Assembly (NCBI RefSeq): GCF_009834535.1
Contig: NC_045697.1
Location: 78,122,001-78,186,000 of the forward strand
Reading direction: 5' to 3'
Length of the DNA stretch: 64,000 bases
Source: Camelus ferus
Lineage: Eukaryota
Under the pieces are notes generated by a model. The model was not told the origin of the DNA. It did no database searches and worked only from the letters and a program-made list of their open reading frames with translations. The position numbers were made by a program, and so were the translations under genes. This document shows, one piece after another, positions 1-13,900 of the stretch (the first letter of the stretch is position 1; each line of letters begins with the position of its first letter).

Positions 1-54
1 CTGCGTTTGCTCTTGTTGTCTGGAGAATGAGATGAAGGTGTCTCACTGAAGCAG

Positions 55-295
55 GAGGCAGTAAATAGTGCTTGGCCTTTGGGGTTAGGCAGCCCTGGAT
101 GTGGATTTTTGGCTCCATGCTAACTTATAGCTTTGTGATTTTGAATGTGTTACTTAACCTCTCTGAGCCCCAGGTTTCACTTGTAAAAATGGAGATAATA
201 CCCAGATTAGAGAATGGTTTGGGGAATTAGGGATAATTCTGTAAAGCACATAGTGGTTGACATTTCATAATTGGTAGCTGTTATTATTGGTATTA
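55..295 (+). mobile_element. MIR SINE
   Basis: MIR core 'gttacttaacctctctgagccccaggtttcacttgtaaaaatggagataata' and tail 'tagctgttattatt'. Confidence 0.85.
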
Positions 296-717
296 TTGTT
301 TGATTGCAAAGCTGAACAGGCCTGAGAAACCACAGACAACAGCTCATGTGAGATCACCATGGGGCGTTCTCTTCTGAAGAAGCGCATGTTGATTAGAGCC
401 TGTGAGAGGAAGCACGGATATATCTTTTAATGACACCGGGCCCAACTTCTCACAGATTAAACTTCATCCAAGAGCTCTCACTGATACGTGTTGGTTGCAC
501 CTGGTGGTCTTCCTTTTCCCATGAGAGAATCTTATCTCTGGAATAAACCTTACCTGGATTTATAGAAAAATCACATGCTTCAGATTTGATTTGTATCTGG
601 TCCCTTGTAGATTTCCTTTTTGCTTTGTGACCCTCTCCCCAGCTTAATGGGAGATCTCCCTCTCAGACTCACTCAGATTATAGGCTAACCTGCTCATTTA
701 TAAGTAACTTCATAACT

Positions 718-1000
718 GGAAGTTTGAGGATCTGAGGTGTAGCTGGTGACTATAGTTGATATTGTATTGTATATATAACACTGTATTGTATAATTAAAAT
801 TTGCTAAGGGAGGAGAACTTAAATGTTCTCACCAAAAAAAAAAAAAAAAAAAAGATGACTGCGTGAAGTGATGGATGTGTTAATGAACCTGATGCAGGGG
901 GAGTCCTTTTGCATACGGCTGTTAGATCATCATATTGTACACTTTAAATATCTTAGAATTTTGTCCATCAGTTAGACCTCAATGAAGCTGGGGGAAAAAA
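718..1000 (+). mobile_element. Old LINE-1 3' UTR fragment (L1MA-like)
   Basis: 'aaatttgctaagggaggagaacttaaatgttctcacc', 'gtgatggatgtgttaat', 'ttgtacactttaaatat', ending 'cctcaatgaagctgggggaaaaaa'. Confidence 0.8.
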
Positions 1001-3682
1001 GATTCAGGATGAGAAACCCAATGCAAGGAGTCATACACATGCCTGTTAGAGAACGTTGGGCATGAAAGATGCACATTTGTGTAGTTGTAACATTTTTACT
1101 ATTTTTTTTTCCCTAAGCAGCCTCAAAAAGCATGTTAACAAGACTACTTGAAATTAATACTCTGCTCTTAGAGTATACACAGATGGGCTCGCTCCCTTCC
1201 TTCCCACCGTGCTGCACGCTGGAGTTCCTAGAAGACACGACGTGCTCCCTCCTTAATGAATTCCATGCCTCCAATCAATAAGGACTGGCATCCGGCCAGG
1301 TCGACTCCTCTTGGGCTCCTTACCAGACCTTGTTCTGTATTTTGCTTTTATTAGTTCTTACTACTCTAATTTCTCTCACTGTTAACGTTTTTCACTGGTA
1401 TCAGTTCTCAGTAGTCTTGCTTTCTTGCCAACTTAAAAACAAAATAAAAAATAAAACCAAGCTAGCGCAGGGGTGGGTTCTCCCCAGTTCACAGTACTAC
1501 TGATACAACTGATACGATCACCATTCAAAACTCAACAAGTCAGTCCAATTTGTTTTTAAACATAGGCAACCCCTGAGCTTTTGCGTTGGGACATGTCTTT
1601 CTGTCCATTTGTTGGATTTCCAACAAACTGCCTATGCAAATGAGGAGGGAGCCACCCGGGGACCGAGCCCTCAGCTGCCCACACCCTCTGCTGCCTCTCA
1701 ACAGTTCAACTCCACAGTTCCTGTGACCAAGCCTGTTGTGAAAGTTAATCGTTATAAAAAGCACTTATTTACATCTGTTTTAGTGTAGCCATGAAGAGTG
1801 CAATTAATTAAGAAGTTTCTGGTGTGGTAAGAATAATCATACAGCAGGAATGCAAACACATGATTTCCAAAGAGAATTTTATTCCATATGGAATTTTTCC
1901 CCTAACTAAGAATTAATTGCAACTTTAAAGAAGGTTTGATTGTTTCTATGAAAAACATTTTAACTACTGAGGAATTCTAAATGACTTCAATTTAAAATTT
2001 TCTTTCTTTACATTGTTAGAGTTAAGAGGAGAGTGCTTTGATCAAGCTCTGAGTTATAGAATTTATTAGAGTAAAGGGAAGAGGATAACCTTCAGATGTC
2101 TTCTGTGGTGAAATGTTGAAGTTAAAAATTTTAAATGTTTGCAGACTAAAGACATATTCGGCTGTGAGGCCTAAAAGGATAAACAAAATGTGACATGTTT
2201 TATTTTGTTACTTAACCCTTGTTTAAAAAAGCACAACAAAAAATGTATATAAATCATATTTTTATGCCTTTCTGAAAACATGGACATGGATTTTTGGTGA
2301 TTATCCTCAGTGTAGTGGCATCATGCCATAGGGTACGGTACACAGTGGTTAGTACATATGCAAATAGCTTTCCTTTTGCTATGCCAGTTTCTGAAAGTGG
2401 AAAGCACTTAAAGACACCCAACATCAGTTCTGTGAAGGAACAGCCTTTCTTTCTGTTGCCATGTGCTACACATTCCAATATTTTGCTGTAGCCCAGGAAT
2501 GAATAACGCAAAGAGACGAAGAGGGGAAACCAAAAACGTGCAGCTAAAAGCCAGACTGGCAGAGAAATGATGCCCATTGCTGTTTAAGTACAGAGTATGA
2601 ATGTGACACGTTGGAAAGGGAAAGGGAATAAAAGTAATTCGGGTGCAGGCAGAGAACCTATTTCGATCAAATGCAGTTACAACAGTTGCAGGGGTCGGGG
2701 GGAATTTCAATCAATAACAAAGAGCTCTTATCACATGCAACTTTAATTTGATTGGCATGGCATTTCCATTATATGCTAATGAATTACGGATGATGAGAAC
2801 TGCTGTCGCCTTCTGAGTGCAATTGAACATTCATCAATCAGTTACTTAAATGCCAGACTGTCTGAAATATTAAAGGAAGTTGTTGCTATTTTGGAGATGA
2901 AAGTAAACAAACTGGAAATCTTGAATTAATTGAGAAAAGGAGACATGTTGATAAGTAGGATTTGGCAAGTTATTACTTCTGCGAGTGGATGTCAGTGCAG
3001 GTACCCTATTCTCAATGGAATAAATGTGTCTCTGCAAAGCTAACTGAAAAACAAATTCTCTTAAGTGAATCCTGTTTTTCTGTTGACTAGCATTATACAA
3101 TTATTGATTATTACTCTTGGGGAGAAAAAAGCTGGTCCTAGAATGTAATAAGATCACTCTCATGGATGCAACACTTTTGACAATACACATTTAAAGGAAA
3201 ATAACCACCTACTAAAATATTAAAAATAATCCTTAAAATAGCAGCAATATTCAAATTTTTGCAATTGAGTAACAGTACTCAGGTTGTTGCAAAATAAAAA
3301 TACGAAAGAAAAAACTCAAAAAACCTGATATAAAATTATCAAAATTTCACCTTGACCCTTCAAAAAGTCAACCTAGGTAATGGAGCTTTAGAATTTTGAC
3401 AAGGCTGTTTATCAGTCTCAAACCACCTAAAGATTCCTAAGTTTATTTTTTCATTATCTTTTCCATTTGTCTTTTACTTGTTCTTAGCATTTTCCTCCAG
3501 ACAGTAAAAAAAAAAAAAAAAAAAAAAGTATTTTAGAACATTAGGCTAAGGCCTAAAATAATAATCTTTGTAAAATCAAATTCTGTTCTGATATTTGCTG
3601 AGATATGGTCAGTTTGGGTACTTAGGTAATGGCAAAGATTGTCAATTTGCAAATTTTTTTTTATACTATAAACATTGACTTA

Positions 3683-4430
3683 TTACCACTACCTCATACC
3701 CATTAGGATGGCTACTATCACAAAAATGGAAATATCAGTTTCTGATGAGAATGTGGAGAAACTGGAACCCTTGTGCACTATTGGTGGGAACATAAAATGA
3801 TGCAGGCTCTGTGGAAAACAGCATGGCAGTTCCTCAGAAAATTAAAAAAAGAACTACTGTACAATCTGGAAAATCCGTTTCTGGGTATCTCCCCCAAGGA
3901 ACTGAAACAGGGTCTTGAAGAGAGATTTGTACATCCACTTTCACAGCAGCATTATTCCCAGTAGCCCCAAAATGTAAGCAATCCATGTGTCCATTGCTTG
4001 AAAGATTAAAAAAAAATGTGGTATATACACATAATGGAATATTATTCAGCCTGAAAAAGGGAGGGAATTCTGATACTCGCTACAACATGCATGAACCTTG
4101 AGGACATTCTGCTAATGGAATAAGCAGTCACAAGAGGATAAATGCAGTATAATTTCACTTCTAGGAGGCACCAAAGGTAGTCAGATTCACAGAGACAGAA
4201 AGTAGAATGGTGGTTACCGGGGCTGGAGGAGGGAAAGGATGAGGAGTTATTGTTTTGTGGGTTCAGAGTTTCAATTTAGGAAAAAAGTTCTAGAGGTGGC
4301 TGATGGTGATGGTTGCACAACAATGTGAATGTACTCTAATGTCACTGAACTGTACACTTAAATATGGCTAAGATGGTACATTTTATCTTATATGTAGTTT
4401 ACTGCAATTAAAAATAAAATAAAAAAAGAG
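3683..4430 (+). mobile_element. LINE-1 3' end (L1MB-like): degenerate ORF2 C-terminus, 3' UTR and A tail
   Basis: 'ctcatacccattaggatggctactatca', 'gtggagaaactggaaccc', 'ggttgcacaacaatgtgaatgtac', A-rich end; ORF 3773..3964 'LWKTAWQFLRKL' is ORF2-like. Confidence 0.92.
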
Positions 4431-4689
4431 ATATAAAAATTGATTTATTCTGTTACCTATGACTAAGTTTGCTAGTTAAAGCAATGCTTGCTATACTTGT
4501 TAGGATGGTATTACTGAATTAACACAGTTGGTTGAGAATTATTGGACTCTTCCCCAACTTCCATAGGGAAAGCATCAGACAGCTTTGGCTTCCTCTGTTA
4601 GAACAGAGGTGACACTAAATGCCCAAGTTCTGTTCACTTGGGGGTGCTGCTTCTTCAAAGGCATTTTGTTGTAACTATAAATTCTGCAG

Positions 4690-4912
4690 AGTCACTGAGG
4701 GCTGGAACAAGGGCATGGGGCTTTGAGGAACAGCAGGGGCCTGGGGACTGGAATAAGGTGAAGTGGGGAGAGGAAAGAGAGGATTTAAAATGCGAGTCAG
4801 AGAGTGAACTGGGGACTTTGGCCTTTTCTTTGCATGATATGAATGGGGGCGGAAGGGGGGTTCACATCAGGGTTTTGAGCAGAGGACTAGCATGACTGGA
4901 TGTATGTTTAAT
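4690..4912 (-). mobile_element. L2 fragment
   Basis: Purine-rich L2-antisense pattern, 'ggactttggccttttct', 'gggttttgagcagaggactagcatga'. Confidence 0.55.
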
Positions 4913-5964
4913 TGTACACAAACTATACTATGGGGGAGATGAAATGGAAATGCAGAAATGGAATTGCAGAGGAGGATGCAAGATTGCTTTTAGTTGGGGA
5001 AATCATGGAACAGAAACCGAAGGCAAAGCTACAGAGAAAAAATAAATCTATTCCTTTTCACATTTGAGAATGCTTGAGAAGTCTCTCAAAAGCAAAAATG
5101 AAACAAGAGATTCTCCACTGGTATTACTCTGTACTATTAATTTGTTTGTTGATGTCAGTAAATCAACCTTCATTTGCTGAGTCCTGTGAGCGCCCAGACG
5201 ATTTCCGTACACAAGGGTCTGCAGTGACTGCCCCTCAGGTGGATCTCAGCGTGCCTGGGACTCCTGTGCACAGGCTTTTAAAGCTCCTTGAAATTTATCT
5301 GAAAAAGGAGTGTTTTTCTAAAGAGTTCGAGACAAAGTTACTGGCCAGAGCATTTTATATTTCAATATTCAGTTTTTAGAATGATTAATTTAAGAACTGA
5401 TCTTGAAACACTTGGTCTTTGCTGCTTAATGGTTTAGTTCCCTTTAAGGAGACTATTTCATGTGCACCATGTTGTCCCATGTGAGATGTTGGTTCTAGTT
5501 TCGAACCTAAGAGCATAGATGACAAATGCAGGCCCCCATTCGGTGGAGCTGAGTGTGTCAAGTGGTGTAAATGGCTTGGACCTGGAGATTCTAGAGTTCT
5601 TACAAATAACAAATTCTAAACATGGGCCTCAAGTATTCTAAGTACCATCATGTGATAAAAAAATCAACTGCTTTCAATTTTGAAACGCCTTGTCAATGTT
5701 CTTTTTTTCCCTTTAACTGTATCTATGGCTATCTTTCTACGTCAGTACCTTTAATTCTATTATAGATGTCACACTCTAGAGGCCTATTGGGGAAAATGAT
5801 TTGCAAGTGAATTTTGTTTGGTTCGGGCCACATAAAGTGTTTGCAAAATTTGAAGTTGAATCTTTTTTGGTGGCAGACATTTTGCTTCTTATTAATTGCA
5901 CTCGACTCTTCATTATCATATCTGGTTAGTGATTTGAAGTATTCACATTTGTGACCCTCAAATA

Positions 5965-6600
5965 ATATTATTCCATTATAGTGTTGTTCTGGCATTTACT
6001 GAACCCTTTTTTATAACAGAACTCTGAGTTGCAGCCCACTCTCCCATACTGTTTCCGCTATTAAAAGCAATGCACCTCTGACCTTGTTTAAGTATATATT
6101 CTATGTTATTTCTTTGGTATGGATTTTTAGAAGAGAATTGCTGGGTTGTGGAGTACTGCCTATGTAAATCTTTCATAGACACTAGAAACTACCTTATGAA
6201 AGAAGAACACCGGTTTATGCAAGTATGTACGTCAGATTTCCCTACACTCTTTATTAATGGGTTGAATCAACTTGTTAAATTTTTTCCATTCTGCAAGGTG
6301 AAAAAGTTATTATGGTCTTAACTAGTATTCTTATAAACTATTAGTGAAATCGATTATACTTTCATATGTTTATTGGTGTATGTACATACATTCTGTGAAT
6401 TAAGTATTCCTATGCTACACCTGTATTACATTTGGATTGTTTGAAATGTGAAATATAAACTCTTTGCTGTAAATACTAAAGATATCTTCTTTTAGCTCCT
6501 TGGTTATCTTTTGGCTTTGTTATTGCAACTTTTGTCATATAGGAGTTTAAAAGTTTTATATAATTGAATTTCTCCTGTATTGCTTTAAAAAAACTCTGTC
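5965..6600 (-). mobile_element. Ancient LINE-1 (L1ME-like) fragment
   Basis: Degenerate antisense ORF2 3' motifs 'gagaattgctgggttgtg', 'ttcatatgtttattgg', 'gatatcttct'. Confidence 0.65.
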
Positions 6601-7889
6601 ATGGCAAGCTTGAAGGAGAATTCATTGTCACATATATATTGGGAATATAAGTAATGGTACAAGTAAGCAATAGTAAAATTTAGCAAAAAAAACAAAAAAA
6701 CAAAAACAAAAGCAAAACAACCCCAACATGTACATGTACACAGCAATGTTTAATGCAGCATTAGGTATAAGACTAAGCCACAAGATGTTCATTTCTTTAA
6801 TATTCAGCAAATATTTATCAAACACTTTCTGTATGCAAAGCACATTTGAAAGTTTGAAACGGAATATCCACATTTCTCCTAAAATATCTTTAATAAATAT
6901 CATGGAATCTGGAAGCTAGTATTCTTTTTGAATTTTCGTTTTCTATGTGTTTTCTGGAAACAACAGAAATCAAACCGTAACATTACTTCTCCCTGCCATA
7001 TCATTGCTTTGAAATCCAGAATTCTCTTGAAATGCTGGGTTTGGGGTTTTCTTCCTTGACTTTGGGACCCACATGTTCAGGTTTGCTTGTAGACTTATCG
7101 TGGTCTGTAAGACAGACTAAAACCATGTTGAACCAGTTGCATGTAGAAGGTGGAATGCTGAAATCCTGTGCTAGGTCTAAGCAGATCAATGAGGCAAAGG
7201 CCCATAAAACAACATCTTCCACCTCGTAGAGACATGAAGGGCAAGGTGGCCCCAGGCCTGAGCTCGGGAAGCAGGAGATCTGGGCAGATGCGCTCCTGTG
7301 CGGGTACAGCAAGTTCAAGCAGGAGCCATGCATTGCTTTTGAGGCACAGTGGCGCCTGCCCATTAGTAGACGAACCCAGTGAATAGAAGGCTCTTGTCAA
7401 TTGGATTCACACACAACTCATCTTTCCAAATATAGGAATGAATGGGTCACTGTGGAATGGATCACAGAGAGAAACTGGAAATGCCCTCTTCAGTGATTAT
7501 CTGTGGGGAGAGAGGGTAGGTGCCCCTTTTCCATGAGCTGAAGTTGAAACATGCAGAAGAGAGGATATGTTTGCTTTAATGGCATCTGCAAGGCTGTCAT
7601 CCTCTTTACATTCATATTTTACTGATCTAAGGTGAGCACTGACACAGTTAGCAGATGAGATGTTCATCTATAAAGATCTCTGGAATGCTGTGCTAAAGTT
7701 TTACCATGCTGACACTTACACCTTGCAGGTTTTTTTCGATTGCCACAATAGTGAAAATGAACTGTGGAAACCCTGACTGCATGATTTTAATTAGCTGGCA
7801 GTTGTGTATTTGTTACTGCATATAGGTCATTATATGCCATGTGCTCTGAGGACACAAATATATGACTGGGCTCCGGCTGGACAAAGGTC

Positions 7890-8105
7890 ACAGTATAATA
7901 TAACGGCTAAACGTGAGACTTTCAAGTTACACAGCCTGTTTGAGTACAAGTTCTCCCACTTACTGTCTCTAAGCTTCAGTTTCTTCAGCTGCGATATGGG
8001 GATGATAATAAAATTTTATAGATTAAACTAGTGTATATAAAGTGTTTGACACAGTGCCTGGAACTGGTAAGTGCTCAAAAAATGCTTGCTGTTATTATCA
8101 TTATT
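7890..8105 (+). mobile_element. MIR SINE
   Basis: 'cttcagtttcttcagctgcgatatggggatgataata', 'acagtgcctggaactggtaagtgctcaa'. Confidence 0.8.
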
Positions 8106-8894
8106 CCAATCATGACTACTATACTACTACCACTACTATGATTGGATAATGTACGATTTACTAATTGCCTGTTACCTCCAAATCACCCTTCTGAGAAATA
8201 ATAGCCAGAGTTGTCATCTGCTGTATAACTTGTCATGTGAACCTGTTATCCTGGCTACAGCTGACTAAACCAGGAATTGGTACCCATAATCCATGGTTCT
8301 GTGTTGTCATCCTCATGACATAATTTTAAATAGGAGAACTTTTGTCAGCCTTGTCAAGACTGAAGTCCATTCACATTATAGCATTGGTGACTTGGTTGCC
8401 TCAGTCCCTGTGGCTGCGTAATTATTTGCTATGCTGATCCCACCCACGTGCTCATGAGTCATGGTTCTGGCACTGAACTGAAGCTAGTCTATGCTTTTAT
8501 CACAGCAACTTATGCCCAAGGTACCAGCTATCTAGGAGGCATTCCCTTAATGAATCTATTCTTCAGTTGTGCCTTCAGATCTGTGAGTGATTGAAGCACA
8601 TAAAGTGGCGTTGGGGCTTATGGTATACCATTTGTGAACTACTGCCTTTGTTTAGGAAAGTCACACAGAACAATGGATCCCAATATTTGTGAATGTGCAT
8701 GGGGGTGTGGAGCAGGGAATACATGTATCGGAATTACCTCCACTCCCACCAACTCATCTTGGAAATAAGACTTAGATAGAAAGCTAGTGAACTACTTGAT
8801 TAGGACTCTTTATATTCCTTCTTATTAACGTTCAGGATTTTTTCCAACACAAGAAGTATAGTTATACTGACATGGAAAGAATTATGAGTCTTTA

Positions 8895-10010
8895 TTGTAT
8901 AGAAGAAAGCTAGGCTGCTGAAATATAGAGATGCCATAATACAGTGGCTTAAAAACTAGGAATTTTATTTCTTTCTCACATTAGAGTTCCAACATGGCAG
9001 GGAAGCTCTGCTCCTTGTGTTCATTCAAGGACTCAAGTTCTCTCAAAGTCCATTTTAAAACAAAAAAAATTTATTGGAGTATAATCAGTTTACAATGTGT
9101 CAATTTCTGGTGTACACTACGTCAGTCATATAGGAACATACATATGTTTGTTTTCATATTCTTTTTCACCATAAGTTGCTACAAGATATTGAATATGGGT
9201 CCCTGTGCTGTACAGTATAAACTTGTTGTTTATCTATTTTATATATATTAGGTAGTATCTGCAAATCTCAAACTCTGAATTTATCCCTTCCCACCGACTC
9301 CTGCCCCACCCCCTGTAGCCATAAGTTTGTTTTCTATGTCTGTAAGTCTGTTTCTGTTTTGTAAATAAGTTCGTCTTTTTTTTTTTTTTAAGATTACACA
9401 TATAAATGATATCAAATGGTATTTTTCTTTCTTTTTCTGGCTTATTTCACTTTGAATGAGATTCTCCAGTTTCATCCATGTTGCTGCAAATGGCACAATT
9501 TTATTATTTTTTATGGCTGAGTAGTATTCCATTGAATAAATATACCACATCTTCTTTATCCAGTCACCCGTTGATGGACATTTTGGTTGTTTCCATGTCT
9601 TGGCTATTGTAAATATTGCTGCTATGAACATTGGGGTGTATGTGTCTTTTTGAATTAAGGTTCTCTCTGGATATATGCCCAGGAGTGGGATTGCTGGATC
9701 ATATGGTAAGTTCTTTTTCTGACAGCTCCAAGGGCACTGACATCATCTGCATGGTCTCTGCTGGATCCACCACATCCCTGTTTAGGCTGCTATAAGGGGA
9801 ATAAGAAGATGGAGGAATTAAGCTCAAGACCTCAAGGGCCAGTTCCAGAAGGGGCACAGATCACTTCTCTTCAATTATATTGTTGAAAATTTAGTACACA
9901 GCTGTTCTTAACTACAAGAGAGCCTGGAAAATATAATTTAACTGGAAAGTTATGTGCCCAAATGAAGGAGAGAATGGATTTTTGGTGGACAACTAGCAAC
10001 GTTGCCATCA
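8895..10010 (-). mobile_element. MaLR solo LTR (MLT1K-like) split by an L1 insertion
   Basis: Left part 'ctaggctgctgaaata...cagtggcttaaaaac...tttatttctttctcac'; right part 'ctacaagagagcctggaaaatataattt...gagagaatggatttttggtggacaactagc'. Confidence 0.7.
9053..9711 (-). mobile_element. Young 5'-truncated LINE-1 (camelid/artiodactyl type) with ORF2 C-terminal remnant
   Basis: ORF 9281..9631 'MFIAAIFTIAKTWKQPKCPS..WIKKMWYIYSMEYYSAIK..FAATWM' is the canonical L1 ORF2 C-terminus; 3' end 'tttattggagtataatcagtttacaatg'. Confidence 0.96.
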
Positions 10011-10439
10011 AGTCCTTGTTGAGAACATGAAGTTTACAACTGTAGTGTCAAATATTATCTGTTCAAAATATTGTTACCAAAATTCAGCTATCTTTAAGTT
10101 CTTAGATAAGAAAAAGGTCATGATTTATTAAGGTTAGAACTTTGTGCTCAATTCATTCACTTATATACATATACATACTCATAAATGTGCCTTCATTAGA
10201 TTCTCAGGATGATATTGCAACAAACATATTGTAATTATGAAACATGATGTGAGAAATGATAATGACCAGTATAATACAAGGCATTTAGGTCTGTGGTTTG
10301 GGATTCTTGGGATTTTGTAGCAGCACTTATCCATATGACTTTGTCCAAGGCATTTTCTGGATCTCAATCTCTAAGTTTTGTAAAGTTTTAATGGTACAAT
10401 TCTGTCCTATTACTTCTATATTCAAAATATATCTTAAAA

Positions 10440-10965
10440 CCACTTACCATTGTAGTCCCATCTTCATCCAGAGTCTATAAATCCAATCCCTTTTCCTTCT
10501 CCAGCCCCATCTCATGTTTTCCTCAGATTTATCCCCATTGATGTTTTTCATTCCTAAACCACTCTAAGCTCTTCTTTCCCCAAACCTCTGCATTCATTGG
10601 TCTCTTTGATTGCACCTCTCTCCCTTGTCTTTTGCCTGACCATATCCTCCTCATCCTTCAGGGTTCAGCTTTGATGTCAGCTCTTTAGAGACACTTCCTT
10701 GATCACCTTATCTAAAGTAGATTTCTTCCCACATTATGTATCTCAAGCACAGTTAATTTTCTTCAATCATATTTGGTAATTGTCTTTTTAATTTACTTTC
10801 TTTTTTTTTTCCTGTTTCTCTCTTTGCACCATTAGCTTTCACTGAACTGCTGGCTCTGTCAAGGGAAGGGAAAACATCTGTATTATTCATCCTTTTAACT
10901 GCATCACCTACTACAATGCCTTGCACCTAGTAGGTGCTCAATAAATATTTGTCAAATAAATTAAT
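10440..10965 (+). mobile_element. L2 3' end
   Basis: 'tcatccttcagggttcagctttgatgtc', ending 'tgccttgcacctagtaggtgctcaataaatattt'. Confidence 0.85.
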
Positions 10966-13900
10966 ATAGGACTTTACAACGGTATGATCTGACAATTAGT
11001 TAACTAAAACATAATTTAATGTATTTAAAATTTAAACAATATACTTTAAATTTTTTAGGAAAGACATTTAAAAGAATATGTCAATGAGCCCTATTTTGAG
11101 ATGAAATTATTTCATAATATGAATTCCTTTTTACATTTTGTCTATGTTGTTATTGCGTATTTACTATCTTATTTATCTTTAAATATTCTGTGATTTGAAT
11201 ACTTTCTCAACCCAGTTCAGATGGGAGATTTTGGGGAGGGAATTCATTATTCTGAGGCATTCATTTTGTTTTGTATAATTTTAATCATGTCAGTCTTTAT
11301 CAGATCCATGTTTATTTAAATATTTATTTCCTTTTGCATATGTTGGGATTGAATATGTTGTTTTAATTAGCAGCATTGCTTTTTTGTTGCTAGATGTATT
11401 GCTTTGGCATTTGACCAAAAGCAAAACAGAATCAGCGCAGTGTAATCTATGGCAAGGGAATGGAATCTCACTGTCCAATGATGCTCCATCAGCTATAGGC
11501 TAAGACATGGCCTATTCAGCAAAGGATGTACTATAACAGCTGTAGCTGTGTCCTCCCCATAGTCACAGTTGCCATTCCTGGGTCTCAGAAGAAAATTTTT
11601 TGCTTAACCTCAGATTAGCCTACAATTGGATGACAATGAAATAAAGTAAATTTGGAGGGAAAAAACAATTCTCAAAGGAACACATTACTTTAAGAAGTTT
11701 CTTTTCTGGATGTTTTACAAGTGGAATATCAAACTTTTCAGACTCTGTAGTGAGAGTTCACCAAATAAATGTACAGAGAGAATAAAATGAATCATACTGT
11801 TGCTATGTAAGAAAAATGGCTAATGCCTTTTCCCGAGACCTGGCTTGTAATGGTAGTTGATGTATGTTACTGGCTAATTTTTATCCTGGTAAATTATCAT
11901 TGGGTTTTATTTATTAACCTACTATTTCACAGTTACATGTTGATTTCCCATGAACAAACTCCATATTTATTGAGTTCTCCTTATGCCCAAGACATAATGG
12001 GAATTTTTTTCAAATAAGTAATAATCTCAGTTACACTATTGTGAAAGATATGAATGCTATATTGTAATCCTTTTAAAAAAGGAAATTCTGAATCTGTAAT
12101 ATAAATGATGTCTTTAAAGCCAGTTCTATCTCTATGAACTGTTTGTCTCTTTTCTAAAGCGTATCAATTAAAAGCTGAAAGGTGAGAGGAAGAGGGAAAA
12201 GCTAGCACACTAGGGCTCAAATGCAACTCAACCTCTACCCAGCAATGAGGTCCTATTGGTTTGACATGGAGGGAAAATATATCCATGTGAAAGGACTAAC
12301 GGTGCACCAGGACCTCATCATCAGACTATTCTCTCTAGGGTGCAGTTAAGTACGAGTCATGGCTTTGTAAAATTTCCCAGTAAAACTGTATCAAAATGTC
12401 ATTGGGCCTGGAGTCCCACAGCTTTGAGACAGCCCTGAAGCCAAGGAAGCCACATCAGAACCACTTACATATTACTTCCAAACTTCACATTTTGATGGAA
12501 TAGTCTTTAGTACCTACAGGCATGTCACCGAACAGTCTGTAGCATTCCCTGACTCAGGAAATTTCCTAAAAGCAGATTAATTATTATAAGACAATGGTCT
12601 TATGTTTCTACATGTAATATGTCTACAGAACTTTTCTGTTAAAATCATGCTTAGTTTAGCTCCAAGTAATGTGATAGAAGGTTCTATTGCAAAATTATTT
12701 GTAAATGTGAGAGGCATGAGTTTTACCGTAGGTTTAGGAAGGGAGCTTACTTTAGATTTTTAAGGCATAGAGTGCTTTTTTTTTCTTTTCTTTTTCCCTA
12801 AAAAATATCCAGTAAAAGAAATGAGGAGACAAATACCCAGGAAACAAAAATTGCTTAAGATTTTAGGCTCTAGAAATAGAATAAAAAGAGCAAACACACG
12901 TAAGATTTACCACCTCATCCTACATCATCATAGTACACATATTAGTAATTGTAACATTCTTTTCATATGGGGAAAATAATCAAACATTGGAGAGCAATTG
13001 AAAAACATTTCAGGATGATATGTTTATTTCTTATTATTCATTTTCAGTAGCAATTACAGCCCAAATTTATGAACATGTAGCCTGCAAAATGCCATTTGGA
13101 TATAACATGGTGAAATTTAAAAACCACAAAATCCTTTGCTTTATAACACATTCACAATAGCAACAAACCTAAGCTATGGCTTAGTGTATACCACTATTAC
13201 CTGTATGTAAAAAAATGAGATTTGGGGGCTATGCAATAGGTTCAGTAAACTCAATTTTTATCAAGGATGGCATTAAAAAAATAAAACATAGTAAAGCAAC
13301 CATTACTATAATAGTGACTGTTTTTCCAACTGTTGTTAAATTTGGGACAATCTGAAGACAACTATAAGATCTTTCTTCCTCTCTGGGGAAGATGTTTCTT
13401 TGTGTAATTTTGGGGGGTTTATTTTTATTGTATTATATATATATATTTGTAATTATATGAATTATTTTAATCATAGTGTACTTAAATATTTTAAAATTTC
13501 TCTCTCTCAGGTTTAAGTATATGAGTGATTATTACATCACTTTTCTGAATCACTTCCTCGTTATTGACAACAGGGTACCCCCAGGCTTTCTAATAAATGG
13601 AAGAAGGAGGACTAATCCTCCTCAAGTCAGGCAGAGTTTGAAGAAACCTTACAGTTCTCAGCATTCATCAGCATCATCATACAAATGTTAATTGTGCAGC
13701 TATAGTGTGTGATGCATTGCTACATCTCATATGTAATTTCTAGGACTCCACAGTTGCTCAGCCACATCACCACAGACTGACATGGAGAATGTACACTCTA
13801 CAGTGTAAGGACATACAGAGACAGAACAAGAAAAGCAAGAAAGAAAACCCCACATACTAGCTCTGTATATCACTCTCTGGTGGTAACTGAGAGGCCATGA

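Noticed and set aside
1881..1894. Perfect 14-bp palindrome attccatatggaat
   Set aside because: Several palindromes of this size are expected by chance in 64 kb of AT-rich DNA
7001..7400. Overlapping ORFs up to 120 aa in a slightly GC-richer patch
   Set aside because: No recognisable protein similarity and no convincing flanking splice-site pair
8180..8560. Possible ERVL LTR (LTR33/LTR16-like) fragment
   Set aside because: Only one short motif resembles the family; too weak to call by eye
9281..9631. 116-aa ORF with strongly protein-like sequence
   Set aside because: It is the C-terminus of a truncated L1 ORF2, not a host gene
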